A stretch of 63,806 nucleotides of DNA, the filler included, from a bacterium (GTDB taxonomy: Bacteria; CLD3; SB21): assembly GCA_013360215.1 (NCBI GenBank). It is 3 parts of 3 records of this genome, joined end to end, with 100 filler letters (N's around TTAATTAATTAA, not from the genome) between each part and the next. Parts side by side here need not be neighbours in the genome. Positions count along the whole stretch, not along the records: positions 28,432 to 54,892 come from JABWCP010000036.1; positions 54,993 to 63,806 come from JABWCP010000050.1; 1 more part is not named here. One strand, given 5' to 3'. The translations under genes were made by a program, and so were the position numbers. Position 1 is the stretch's first letter; each line of letters begins with the position of its first letter. Positions 51,482 to 60,877 of the stretch are shown here, one piece after another. The notes under the pieces were generated by a model that ran no database searches, was not told the DNA's origin, and saw only the letters and a list, made by a program, of their open reading frames with translations.

Positions 51482-52366
51482 ATGACGTGGAAAAAAGTTT
51501 TACTTTATTTTTTTATCGTACTGTTTTCGGCAGCCACCGGCGGCGGGATCGTCGGTTATTATGCGTATGAAAAATATTACCGTCCTATGGATCTTGATTT
51601 ATGGAAAACACGCAACGCATTAGCCGAATCCCATGCGCAACTCCAGGCTATTTATCCCGAATACGAACACGCGAAACAATTTGCCGACTCGCTGCAAACA
51701 TTCATTCCACTGCAGAGCGGGCTTAATTATCCGATGGAAAGCGAACGTCAGTATTATTATCACGACAAAATGTTTAATATCATCTACGATACCAAACGTT
51801 ATCTGGAGCAGAAACGTCGCAAACAGGAATCGCATTTTCTGGAATTAGTAGATCATGTGATGCCGCATGAAAAACATCTGCGCATGATCCTCGACAGTAT
51901 CGGCGTAAAAACAAACGATACGCTTCATCTGGAAAAAAATGCACAGGCCATCATGGATTTTGTTCAGTGCATACCGTATCAATCCGAAAACCGTGCTTAC
52001 ACCAAAATGCCGCTGGAGACGTTGTACGAAGGCGGAGGGGATTGTGAAGATTTAGCTGTTCTAGCGTATTCGCTACTTACGACGGCCGGCATTGAAGCGG
52101 TACTGGTCGTACCCACACGTACGATTGCCTCCATAGATCATGCAACGGTCGCTATTCATGGAAATTTTACAGGCCAATATATTGAACATAATCAGAAGCG
52201 TTTTTTTATCGCCGAATCCGCCGGCACGACCGACGCACGCAAACCCAAACGTTTTAAAATCGGTCGCGCGGAAAAATACAACATTTCACTCGTACTCGGT
52301 GACAGCCTCGAAGTTGCCAAACACGAAGTGGACTGGATCATCAAAGAAAAACTGCGAACCCGGTAA
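51482..52366 (+). CDS. Membrane-anchored transglutaminase-like cysteine protease-fold protein
   Basis: N-terminal TM, then FVQ.IPY, P.ETL..GGGDCED and downstream His (DHA). Confidence 0.75.
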   Translation: MTWKKVLLYFFIVLFSAATGGGIVGYYAYEKYYRPMDLDLWKTRNALAESHAQLQAIYPEYEHAKQFADSLQTFIPLQSGLNYPMESERQYYYHDKMFNIIYDTKRYLEQKRRKQESHFLELVDHVMPHEKHLRMILDSIGVKTNDTLHLEKNAQAIMDFVQCIPYQSENRAYTKMPLETLYEGGGDCEDLAVLAYSLLTTAGIEAVLVVPTRTIASIDHATVAIHGNFTGQYIEHNQKRFFIAESAGTTDARKPKRFKIGRAEKYNISLVLGDSLEVAKHEVDWIIKEKLRTR

Positions 52367-52372
52367 ACAACC

Positions 52373-53134
52373 TCAATTGCTTTTACAAACGGCAATCAGT
52401 TCTTTTGAGTTTTCATCAAAGGCCGTACGATCAAATCCGCCGTACATTGTCTCCAGCGCCAACCCGCTCCGGTAAATCAAATGCTCCAGTTCAAATCGGA
52501 AATAATAACGTACCCGAAATGACCACGATTCATCGTGCGTCGTACCGTTTTCATCCCAGACATAACGCATCGTCACATGATTGATTTGGTGCATGAAATC
52601 CGGGACGACAGTGGTAAATCGTTTGAGACGTTGACCCGGCGCCCATTCCCCGTCGAAATCCAACGTGGATTCACGGCCTTGTGAGCACAATACCGGGTCC
52701 GGATTAAAAACATCCAAAATTAATGTACCGCCGGGTTCCAAATGATCTTTGATGCAGGCTAACGCCGCAAGTTGCTCATCCACCGTACGAAGATGCGTGA
52801 AAACGCGAAACGGCGCGACAATCAACGCAAAACGGCGATCCATCGTAAAATCGCGCACATCCGCGACACTCACACGTTGCTTTTCTTTGGCATCAAGTTT
52901 GGCTTGTAAGGTGCGAATCATCGTTGCACTGGCATCCAGTCCGTAGATATCCGCACCGGCACGCAGCGCTTCCATAAAAAGCCGCCCCGTTCCCACGCCG
53001 ACTTCCAAAACAGAGCCTTGCGCGCGGGTTGTTTCTTCGACGTAAAAATCATGATCTATGGATGTACGTATTTTGGCATACACCGTATCATAAAATCGTG
53101 CTACAAATTCAGGATAAGCCGTAGAAGCCGACAT
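52373..53134 (-). CDS. Class I SAM-dependent methyltransferase
   Basis: VLEVGVGTGR, GLD.S..M and HL.PGG.L. Confidence 0.92.
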   Translation of the reverse strand: MSASTAYPEFVARFYDTVYAKIRTSIDHDFYVEETTRAQGSVLEVGVGTGRLFMEALRAGADIYGLDASATMIRTLQAKLDAKEKQRVSVADVRDFTMDRRFALIVAPFRVFTHLRTVDEQLAALACIKDHLEPGGTLILDVFNPDPVLCSQGRESTLDFDGEWAPGQRLKRFTTVVPDFMHQINHVTMRYVWDENGTTHDESWSFRVRYYFRFELEHLIYRSGLALETMYGGFDRTAFDENSKELIAVCKSN

Positions 53135-53251
53135 AGGTATCTCCTTTGGAGTTGGCTATTGAATAATGAAAACTATTGGGTTAAATTTACGGGTGCAAGG
53201 ATAATTTTATCAATTTATCAAAACTGCTTTTCTGAAAGAACTATAATACTT

Positions 53252-54757
53252 ATGAGCATAACCCATCGCACCATCAAAAAAATTCTCATCGCCAATCGCG
53301 GTGAGATAGCCATACGCGTCATCCGGGCATGCCGGGAAATGAATATAAAAACTGTCGCCGTTTTTTCCGAAGCGGATCGTACGGCGGCACACGTTCGTTT
53401 AGCGGACGAAGCCTATTGTATCGGCGAACCGCCGTCCAATAAAAGCTATCTGCGCATGGACAAAATCATCGAAGTTGCCAAAAAATCCGGCGCGGATGCG
53501 ATTCATCCCGGATACGGTTTCCTCAGTGAAAATGAAGATTTTGCCGATCTGGTCATTCAAAACGGTATTATTTTTATCGGCCCGTCGTCGGAAGCGATGG
53601 CGCAGATGGGCAGTAAAACCGCGGCCAGAACGCTGGCCAAAAAAATGAATGTTCCGACCGTGCCCGGTACCGAATCCGGTATCAAAGATAAAAACGAAGC
53701 CATCACGATCGCCGAAAAAATCGGCTTTCCTGTTTTGATCAAGGCGGCGGCCGGCGGCGGCGGTAAAGGCATGCGCGTGGTTCAAAAAATCGAAGAACTC
53801 AGCGAAGCGATCGATCGCGCACGCGGCGAAGCGCTCAATGCCTTCGGTGACGATACCGTTTTCATCGAAAAATATGTCACTAAACCGCGGCACATCGAAA
53901 TCCAAATCATCGGCGATCAACACGGCAACATGGTGTATCTCGGCGAACGCGAATGCTCCATACAGCGCCGTCACCAGAAAGTGATCGAAGAAGCGCCCTC
54001 GGCCATCGTAACACCGGAAATGCGTAAACGTATGGGCGAATCCGCCGTTCGTTTGGCGCAAGCCGTCAATTACTACAATGCCGGTACGATGGAGTTTCTC
54101 GTGGATGCGGATATGAATTTTTATTTTCTCGAAATGAATACACGTTTGCAAGTCGAGCATCCCGTCACGGAAATGGTCACCGGCATTGATATCGTCAAAG
54201 AGCAGATACGCATTGCATCCGGCGAACCGCTTTCCTTCCGGCAGGAGGACATCCGCATACACGGCCATGCTATCGAAAGCCGCATTTACGCCGAAGATTG
54301 CGAAAATAATTTTGCACCGTCCATCGGCCGCATCGAACATTTGGAACCGTCGTACGGCCCGGGCATTCGCGAAGACAGCGGCGTTTTCGAAGGCGATACC
54401 ATCCAGATCTATTATGATCCGATGATATCCAAATTAGCGGCCTGGGGACCCACACGTGAAGAAGCCATTAACCGCATGCGGCGCTCCTTGCGTGAGTATG
54501 CGATTGTCGGCGTCGAAACCACGATTCCGTTTTGTCTTTTTGTAATGGAAAACGAAAAATTTCGCTCCGGCGATTTTGATACCAGTTTCGTGGGAAAGGA
54601 ATTCACTCCGGAAAAACTTCAGCATAAAGAAGAAAAAATGGCCGCCATTGCCGCGGCTGTTCATGACTTTGCAAAAAAACGTGATATGAAAATCAGTACG
54701 GACGCATTGACAGCTTCCTCTCCCAAATCCAGCCGATGGAGGCGAAACCGTAACTAA
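53252..54757 (+). CDS. accC: Acyl-CoA carboxylase biotin carboxylase subunit
   Basis: [34 protein letters not shown] and EMNTRLQVEH. No biotinyl domain. Confidence 0.9.
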   Translation: MSITHRTIKKILIANRGEIAIRVIRACREMNIKTVAVFSEADRTAAHVRLADEAYCIGEPPSNKSYLRMDKIIEVAKKSGADAIHPGYGFLSENEDFADLVIQNGIIFIGPSSEAMAQMGSKTAARTLAKKMNVPTVPGTESGIKDKNEAITIAEKIGFPVLIKAAAGGGGKGMRVVQKIEELSEAIDRARGEALNAFGDDTVFIEKYVTKPRHIEIQIIGDQHGNMVYLGERECSIQRRHQKVIEEAPSAIVTPEMRKRMGESAVRLAQAVNYYNAGTMEFLVDADMNFYFLEMNTRLQVEHPVTEMVTGIDIVKEQIRIASGEPLSFRQEDIRIHGHAIESRIYAEDCENNFAPSIGRIEHLEPSYGPGIREDSGVFEGDTIQIYYDPMISKLAAWGPTREEAINRMRRSLREYAIVGVETTIPFCLFVMENEKFRSGDFDTSFVGKEFTPEKLQHKEEKMAAIAAAVHDFAKKRDMKISTDALTASSPKSSRWRRNRN

Positions 54758-54802
54758 GGTATGTTTTAGCGGTATGCATAACAGAATGTGTGAAACATAA
54801 AC

Positions 54803-54833
54803 AAAAAAGGCGGCTCATCGGCCGCCTTTTTTT
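54803..54833. terminator. Bidirectional intrinsic terminator
   Basis: AAAAAAGGCGGC-TCATCG-GCCGCCTTTTTTT between convergent genes. Confidence 0.88.
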
Positions 54834-54850
54834 ATCATCATTTTCAAATA

Positions 54851-54892
54851 TTACTTCGCTGCAGGCTCTGCGGGTTTTTCGGTAGCTTCCTG
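54851..54892 (-). CDS. 3' end of an unidentified gene cut by the contig end
   Basis: Reads ...QEATEKPAEPAAK* toward the bidirectional terminator. Confidence 0.5.
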   Translation of the reverse strand, partial: QEATEKPAEPAAK

Positions 54893-54992
54893 NNNNNNNN
54901 NNNNNNNNNNNNNNNNNNNNNNNNNNNNNNNNNNNNTTAATTAATTAANNNNNNNNNNNNNNNNNNNNNNNNNNNNNNNNNNNNNNNNNNNN
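54893..54992. other. Artificial contig-join spacer
   Basis: N runs flanking TTAATTAATTAA. Confidence 0.95.
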
Positions 54993-54993
54993 C

Positions 54994-55314
54994 ATGAAAC
55001 TCGGCATTATCATAGAAACCAAAGAACCGGAAAAAGCGTGGAATGCATTTCGTTTTGCCGTCACATCCCGCAAAACCGGCCACGAGGTAAAAGTATTTCT
55101 GATGGGTGAAGCCGTCGAATGCGAAGGACTCACGCATGAAAAATACAACGTGGATGAACAATTGAAAAAATTTATCGGTGAGGGCGGTACGATCTTGGCC
55201 TGCGGTACATGCCTCAAATCACGGCAATTGGATGGTACTGAAAGTTGTCCGATTTCTACGATGATCGATTGTGTTCAGATGGTCGAGTGGGCGGATAAAG
55301 TCGTTACGTTTTAA
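54994..55314 (+). CDS. DsrE/DsrF-family protein
   Basis: WNAFRFA, V.VFLMGEAV, ACGTC...R and ADKVVTF. Confidence 0.85.
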   Translation: MKLGIIIETKEPEKAWNAFRFAVTSRKTGHEVKVFLMGEAVECEGLTHEKYNVDEQLKKFIGEGGTILACGTCLKSRQLDGTESCPISTMIDCVQMVEWADKVVTF

Positions 55315-55326
55315 AAATAGAAATCC

Positions 55327-55728
55327 TCAAATACTACCTCGGCATCGTTTTGCACCGCATCGGCAGCGAAGTTTGCCGTCGTGATGCGACTCGACGTAAT
55401 CGCAGGTGATCTCCTCTCCCATGCGAATCACACGCCGCGCATAAAATTCGACGTGATGACCGTAGACACGCATCCATGCATTAGGCGCACAGCTGTGGTT
55501 GATCCGCGCAAAGGCATTGCCGTGATCAAAACCGTCTACGGCCCACCCGTCCGAAAATTCGACCAAAGCAATAGCTCCGCGTTGTTTAGCACGCCGACGG
55601 GCTTCACGTACCGTAATGATCGCGCCGGTCATTTCACCGATCTTACGACGTGCCGGTATTTTTTCATCGGCAAAAACACCCCGGCCGTGAATCGGGCTTT
55701 TTTTTATTTTGACTCGGTATCCGATCAC
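55327..55728 (-). CDS. SET-domain protein with post-SET Cys motif
   Basis: S.IHGRGVFA, INHSC.PN, GEEIT.DY and CRCGAKRCRG. Probable GTG start at 55728 overlaps the upstream TGA. Confidence 0.9.
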   Translation of the reverse strand: MIGYRVKIKKSPIHGRGVFADEKIPARRKIGEMTGAIITVREARRRAKQRGAIALVEFSDGWAVDGFDHGNAFARINHSCAPNAWMRVYGHHVEFYARRVIRMGEEITCDYVESHHDGKLRCRCGAKRCRGSI

Positions 55729-56573
55729 GCCGTTTGTAATATATTTTCCTGCGACGAAACGACGCGCGGCGGCACGACGGTATAATGCAAATTTTTCCAC
55801 AGCTCTGCCGGTGCCGCCAAAAACTGAATCCGCATCATTGCGCGGAAATATACAAATAGCTGATGCAAGACGATCATCATCAAAAGTTTTAGTCCGTTAT
55901 TCGCCACGAATCCGTTGTCCAAATATTTATACAGTGCGAAAACGGCCACAAACGCGATCCCATTGACGATATACAGCGCACTGATGTGATGCACATGCTG
56001 CCAAACCCATTTCCATGACTGAAAATACATCCGCGTTACGGAATAGTGTGCATTATAGACGATACGAATTTTAGCAATATCTCCCGCCATGATCGCCGTA
56101 CCGGAGAGTATCACCGTAATAATCCAGCCGTATTCATACGTGGGAATGAGTGCTATGCCGATCATAACAAATACCGCATTCCACAAGAATAACCGGAAAA
56201 AACGACCGAAGTATTTACCGCAATTATGCCAAAAAAGGTTTTGTTCATTTGGGTGTATAAGCGCCGCAACAATACCGCCTGTCAAAAAAATCATGAGTAT
56301 AAGCGAGGCGATCGCCGCTCCGCCAAATACCGACGAAATAATCGTACCCGCCGAAGGCTGATCAATCATCATGTCAAATAAGTAGTTAAGTTCAAAATCA
56401 TTTTTCCACAGCGAAGGAACTTCTGTGCGTCCGAAGTACTGCCCCATCGTGCGGTACGCCATAACGTATCCGGGTATCGCCGTAATCAAAGTAGTAAACC
56501 ACAGTATGATCGCCATACGGCGGTTATTCCATGTTGCATGCCAAGCGCTGAAATAGATATGTGTAAGTTTCAT
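55725..56573 (-). CDS. Multi-pass membrane protein
   Basis: About six hydrophobic segments and an AGGAG RBS, directly downstream of the M1 peptidase. Confidence 0.75.
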   Translation of the reverse strand: MKLTHIYFSAWHATWNNRRMAIILWFTTLITAIPGYVMAYRTMGQYFGRTEVPSLWKNDFELNYLFDMMIDQPSAGTIISSVFGGAAIASLILMIFLTGGIVAALIHPNEQNLFWHNCGKYFGRFFRLFLWNAVFVMIGIALIPTYEYGWIITVILSGTAIMAGDIAKIRIVYNAHYSVTRMYFQSWKWVWQHVHHISALYIVNGIAFVAVFALYKYLDNGFVANNGLKLLMMIVLHQLFVYFRAMMRIQFLAAPAELWKNLHYTVVPPRVVSSQENILQTA

Positions 56574-56585
56574 TGTGTATTCTCC

Positions 56586-58580
56586 TTAAACTAATACGGC
56601 CAACACCTGGCCGATATTTTGTAACCAAAAAAGAAAACGCGTAATATAGCGCTGAATTCCGACTTCGTCCCGCTCAAGCACGCGGCTATTATTGGTCCAG
56701 TTGATATCCAATAAATTGACGCGATCCGGATCAATATGCACCGATTTGATTTTCGCCTTACCATGGTAAACAAATTCCTGGGGCGCGTATTGACCGTCCC
56801 ATGTCTCGACAATGGAATCGCCGTCGGCAAAACAAACCAAAATTTTCGTCGGAAAATAACCATCGCCCATATTGCGTACGGAAAATCCGCTTCGGTATTG
56901 TTTTAGTGAATCCGATGCATCGCTGCCGGTAAAACTCAGATCATTACCCTCGCCAAACCAGCCCCGGGACGCATGTATTTCTTCATTAAATATCCCTGCT
57001 ATCTGATAATCTACGGTTACCGGTTTATTGACAAACTGATCAAAATACCACATAAAATCCTTCCCGGTCACTTCATTGACCACCGCATAAAAATCGCGCG
57101 GTTTGGGATGCTTGAAACTGTAACGTTCAAAATACGTGCGCATGACTTTATTCCACATCGCATCACCGAGGTGGCGTTGCAGTGTTTCCAAAACAAGCGC
57201 CGGTTTGGCATAGGCCGCAGGCTGATAAAAAGATTCCGGAATATTCCACGAAAAAGCTTCGATCACACCGTCTTTGGGTCGGCTCGTATAGCTGCTTCGA
57301 TTATAGGCCAATACGTTGAAAGGAATACCGAAAATATCCGCCATTTCGTAAGCAATATTATTCTCCTTTGCAAAACGAACGGATGCACGCGCTTCGGTAT
57401 ATTGCGTAAATCCTTCATCCATCCACGGATGTTCAAATTCATTGGTTGCTACGATACTTTGAAAATAATTATGGCCGAATTCATGAAACGTCACAGTCTC
57501 CAGCCAATGGTTGGGCACGATATATTTATTGATAAAAGGCCATCCGAAATAAGAACCCGTCGTGACAAGTGTCGGATACTCCATACCGCCGGCTGTCATT
57601 TCTTCACCTACAGGCATATCTACGATCGTCAGATTGGGATAGGGATACGCGCCGTACCACTCTTGATAATAATTGAACATCGCTTCGGATGTCGCATAAT
57701 ATTTGGGCATTACCCAAAGGCGTTCCGGAGGAACTAAATACGTCACGACGACCTGCCGCCCTGTTTCTTTGATCGTCACTGTTTGCTGAAGTTCCTTAAA
57801 GTGAGGATACGCTGTCCAGACGGCATCAATTACATCTTCCTGACGATAGCGGAATAGATTGGTACTGTCGTTGAGCGCTTTCTTTTCCATAAGCACGGCA
57901 TTGGCGCCGACGACGTATTTTTTTGGAACGGTTAGCTCCATCGTATAAACGCCGAAGTCGGCATAGAATTCAGAATTGGAGTGAAACTGATGGCAATTCC
58001 ACGCTCCGTTTTCCCATACCCCGATTTTGGGAAACCATTGACCGATGAGATAAAACTCATCTTCCGTAAAACCCGTACGTGCATACACGCGCGGCAGTTT
58101 GGATGTGAAATCGCAGGTAAGCCGAATATCTCCGCCCGGAGGTATCGGGCGACTCAGCGGAACACGCATTACCGTACGATCGTCCTTGTTTCCGTCATCC
58201 GGTGCGATGTATTCGATACGCGTCGTGAGGTTTTCTCCGCCGGCCATCGCCAAATTTTTTATGAGGATATAACCCCAATTGGCCGAATCCAGTTTAATCT
58301 CACCGGAACGATGCCGTCCTCCGCTTTCACGAATAAAAGTAGATCTTTCATTGCGAAATGCATTGAGGTAAAGGTGAAATTGCAATTCCTTTACCGTATC
58401 ACGACTGGCATTCCACCAATGCAGATTCCACGATGCCTCGACGGTTTTCAGTTCCGGCTTCAATTCCGCCCGCAAATCATAGTTGGCAATACGCGGGCTC
58501 AACGGTTTTTCAAAAATTTTTTCCTGCGCTATCACCGATAAACCGGTCAGAGTAATAAAAAACAAATAACGGAAACTCAT
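56586..58580 (-). CDS. M1-family zinc aminopeptidase (secreted)
   Basis: Signal peptide, GGMEYP, HEFGH...WMDEG and AYAK. Confidence 0.92.
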   Translation of the reverse strand: MSFRYLFFITLTGLSVIAQEKIFEKPLSPRIANYDLRAELKPELKTVEASWNLHWWNASRDTVKELQFHLYLNAFRNERSTFIRESGGRHRSGEIKLDSANWGYILIKNLAMAGGENLTTRIEYIAPDDGNKDDRTVMRVPLSRPIPPGGDIRLTCDFTSKLPRVYARTGFTEDEFYLIGQWFPKIGVWENGAWNCHQFHSNSEFYADFGVYTMELTVPKKYVVGANAVLMEKKALNDSTNLFRYRQEDVIDAVWTAYPHFKELQQTVTIKETGRQVVVTYLVPPERLWVMPKYYATSEAMFNYYQEWYGAYPYPNLTIVDMPVGEEMTAGGMEYPTLVTTGSYFGWPFINKYIVPNHWLETVTFHEFGHNYFQSIVATNEFEHPWMDEGFTQYTEARASVRFAKENNIAYEMADIFGIPFNVLAYNRSSYTSRPKDGVIEAFSWNIPESFYQPAAYAKPALVLETLQRHLGDAMWNKVMRTYFERYSFKHPKPRDFYAVVNEVTGKDFMWYFDQFVNKPVTVDYQIAGIFNEEIHASRGWFGEGNDLSFTGSDASDSLKQYRSGFSVRNMGDGYFPTKILVCFADGDSIVETWDGQYAPQEFVYHGKAKIKSVHIDPDRVNLLDINWTNNSRVLERDEVGIQRYITRFLFWLQNIGQVLAVLV

Positions 58581-58662
58581 ACACCCTCCTCATTATATCA
58601 AAAGCAGACATTTCGAGTTTATCAATAATACGACCGAATATCAACACATATGACACCCTTAC

Positions 58663-58758
58663 TTAGACAATAAAAAGAACAAAATGTTGCAATGTCTATC
58701 GAACAACGCATTGAAACGGACATTAATACGCAACAATAAAGACCCTGTTCCGTATCTA
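58663..58758. promoter_or_regulatory. Divergent ECF-sigma-like promoters
   Basis: Minus strand TGCAAC-N16-TGTCTAA (58691-58663). Plus strand CGCAAC-N16-CGTATCTA (58729-58758). Confidence 0.5.
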
Positions 58759-58787
58759 TCAATCATATTTTTTAGAAAAGGTCTCTC

Positions 58788-60662
58788 ATGTCGCATTCAA
58801 ACCTTTTTTCATTCCAAGTCTTAGGAATACTTTGGCTTGTTTTTTTTCCATCATGTGTAAATGCTAATTCCGATGATAATTCTAAGGCCTTTACGCTTAT
58901 GACCGATGACGGTGAATCGTTTATCAGTGAATTAGATTATTTTAAGGTTCCCGAATCACGTGATGGTAATTCATCCCGTGAACTATCGTTGGCATACCTC
59001 AAGATACCTTCCACGTCACAAAATCCCGGGCATCCGATAATTTATCTATCCGGCGGACCAGGCAACTCGGCTATCCGTTCGGCTAAAACCAATTTGATCA
59101 CGGCTATTCTTGAACTTCGCCGGCACTCGGATGTTATTCTTTTGGAACAGCGAGGTGCAGGCCTGTCAACAATGGAGATGAATAGTGATAGAGTTTTTAC
59201 GCTGCCTTTGGATCAACCCATTACCTCCGACGCAACCAGACGGATATTCACGGAAGCCATACGATCCATTCGTGATGAAATGTCGTCGAATGCCATTCGT
59301 CTTGACTCTTATAATACTTTAGAAAACGCTCACGATATCGAAGCGTTAAGAAAAGCATTGAACCTCGATTCCGTAATTATCTGGGGGCAGAGTTACGGAA
59401 CGCACTTAGCGTTGGCTTATGCCCGGGCCTATCCGTCGCATATTTCCAAAATGATATTGGGGGGTATCAACGGATTGGATCAAAGATTGCGAACTCCCGA
59501 AGATGGTCAGATATGGCTCCGAACAATCAATAACCTTGTTCATGAAAATACCAAACTTTCCAAAAAAGTACCGGATTTTATCGGTCTAGTAGATTCCGTT
59601 TTTGATTCACTTCAAGCCTACCCCAAAACCGTAGAAATTCCTCTGAAGCGCGCATTGCGCTACGACCAACAGCCGTGGTATAACAAAATCGCTATAACTG
59701 TACGCTCGTGGTTTAACGGTACAATATCTGTGACAGTTTATAAAGAAGACGTACAAATGCTCATCGGATTGCAGGCGGGAAATTTGGAATTCATTCGTTC
59801 ACTCCCGTTTCTTTTTTACAGCATGAAGCGCGGCGATTATTCGACGATCGCTCTCCAGATATTTAACATGAAAAACACACCGGTCGGATCGGTCATGCGT
59901 TACCCGGCGTCCATCGCATCGGGCTGTTCGGCAGAACGTCTTGCTCTGATCGCATCACAAAAAGATACATGCCTCTTATCGGACATGATTAATTTTCCAT
60001 TTAATCGCTCCTGGTTTACGGAAGAATGGAAAGTTACGGATTTAGGACATTCATTCAGAGCGCCTTTTACTTGCACGATCCCCACTTTGTTTGTAAGCGG
60101 CACTCTGGACGGCCGGACGTCTATGACGGATGCCGATGCGGTTCGAAAAAATTTTACGCACGCGTCGAATATTATCATCGAAGGCGCTTCCCATGAAGTT
60201 TTTACCTCCGATATGCGTGTATTGGCTTTAGTTGATTCATTTATCATAGGACAAACACTGGATCGGCGAATCGCGGTTCCGACTGAGTTTTGGGGCATAG
60301 ACGAACTCTATCAATCGGATATTATTTATAATCTGGCAGCCCAACAAGGGATAGAGATTGCATTAAAACGCGTTGCCAAAATCACTTCCGATACGGCAAA
60401 AGTACATATCACCGGATTTACTCTCTATCAATCGGCCCAGCGGCTATATGAACGCGACCAAAAGGCGGAAGAGGCTCTAGTATTATTAGAAATGAATACA
60501 CGCCTGTTCCCTAACTTTATTCATAGTTATGAGTTGGCCGGTGATATAGAAGCTCGACGGAAAAACACGAATAAAGCAAACGAATGGTATGCCATAGCAT
60601 TTGAAAAAAATCCGTTTTTCAGAAGAACCTTACTGAAAAAGTCAAAAACTAAGCCCCAATAA
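58788..60662 (+). CDS. Secreted alpha/beta-hydrolase peptidase (TAP-like/S33) with C-terminal TPR-like helices
   Basis: GGPG, EQRG.G.S, GQSYG nucleophile, G..D.RT and ASH. Confidence 0.85.
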   Translation: MSHSNLFSFQVLGILWLVFFPSCVNANSDDNSKAFTLMTDDGESFISELDYFKVPESRDGNSSRELSLAYLKIPSTSQNPGHPIIYLSGGPGNSAIRSAKTNLITAILELRRHSDVILLEQRGAGLSTMEMNSDRVFTLPLDQPITSDATRRIFTEAIRSIRDEMSSNAIRLDSYNTLENAHDIEALRKALNLDSVIIWGQSYGTHLALAYARAYPSHISKMILGGINGLDQRLRTPEDGQIWLRTINNLVHENTKLSKKVPDFIGLVDSVFDSLQAYPKTVEIPLKRALRYDQQPWYNKIAITVRSWFNGTISVTVYKEDVQMLIGLQAGNLEFIRSLPFLFYSMKRGDYSTIALQIFNMKNTPVGSVMRYPASIASGCSAERLALIASQKDTCLLSDMINFPFNRSWFTEEWKVTDLGHSFRAPFTCTIPTLFVSGTLDGRTSMTDADAVRKNFTHASNIIIEGASHEVFTSDMRVLALVDSFIIGQTLDRRIAVPTEFWGIDELYQSDIIYNLAAQQGIEIALKRVAKITSDTAKVHITGFTLYQSAQRLYERDQKAEEALVLLEMNTRLFPNFIHSYELAGDIEARRKNTNKANEWYAIAFEKNPFFRRTLLKKSKTKPQ

Positions 60663-60721
60663 CAGCCAGGAATATAAATCGGATTTTATTCTAATAGAGC
60701 ATGGCGTTTCTTAAAATTTAT

Positions 60722-60750
60722 TTGACGTTTCAAATAAATTATCTTATTAT
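60722..60750 (+). promoter_or_regulatory. Sigma-70 promoter of the tRNA
   Basis: TTGACG-N17-TATTAT. Confidence 0.75.
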
Positions 60751-60760
60751 TGCCCGCCTT

Positions 60761-60843
60761 GCCGAGGTGGTGAAATGGCAGACACGCTAGTTTCAGGTAC
60801 TAGTGCCCGCAAGGGCGTGGGGGTTCAACTCCCCCCTTCGGCA
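60761..60843 (+). tRNA. tRNA-Leu(CAG)
   Basis: Acceptor stem GCCGAGG/CTTCGGC, anticodon arm CTAGT-TTCAGGT-ACTAG, long variable arm GCCC-GCAA-GGGC and GGTTCAA T-loop. CCA is not encoded. Confidence 0.96.
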
Positions 60844-60846
60844 CCC

Positions 60847-60876
60847 AATCCCGCAAACCCATTGCGGGATTTTTTT
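60847..60876 (+). terminator. Intrinsic terminator after the tRNA
   Basis: AATCCCGCAA-ACCCA-TTGCGGGATT plus a T tract. Confidence 0.85.
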
Positions 60877-60877
60877 A

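Noticed and set aside
53399-54340. 313-aa antisense ORF, and many similar shadow ORFs over pyc, pepM, the M1 peptidase and the nucleotidase
   Set aside because: They lie fully opposite well-supported genes and are expected from codon bias.
22750-54757. DNA similarity between the pyc 5' region and accC as a repeat or mobile element
   Set aside because: Explained by homologous biotin carboxylase domains.
60761-60876. tRNA-Leu as an integration site
   Set aside because: No integrase and no duplicated tRNA 3' end were seen in the window.
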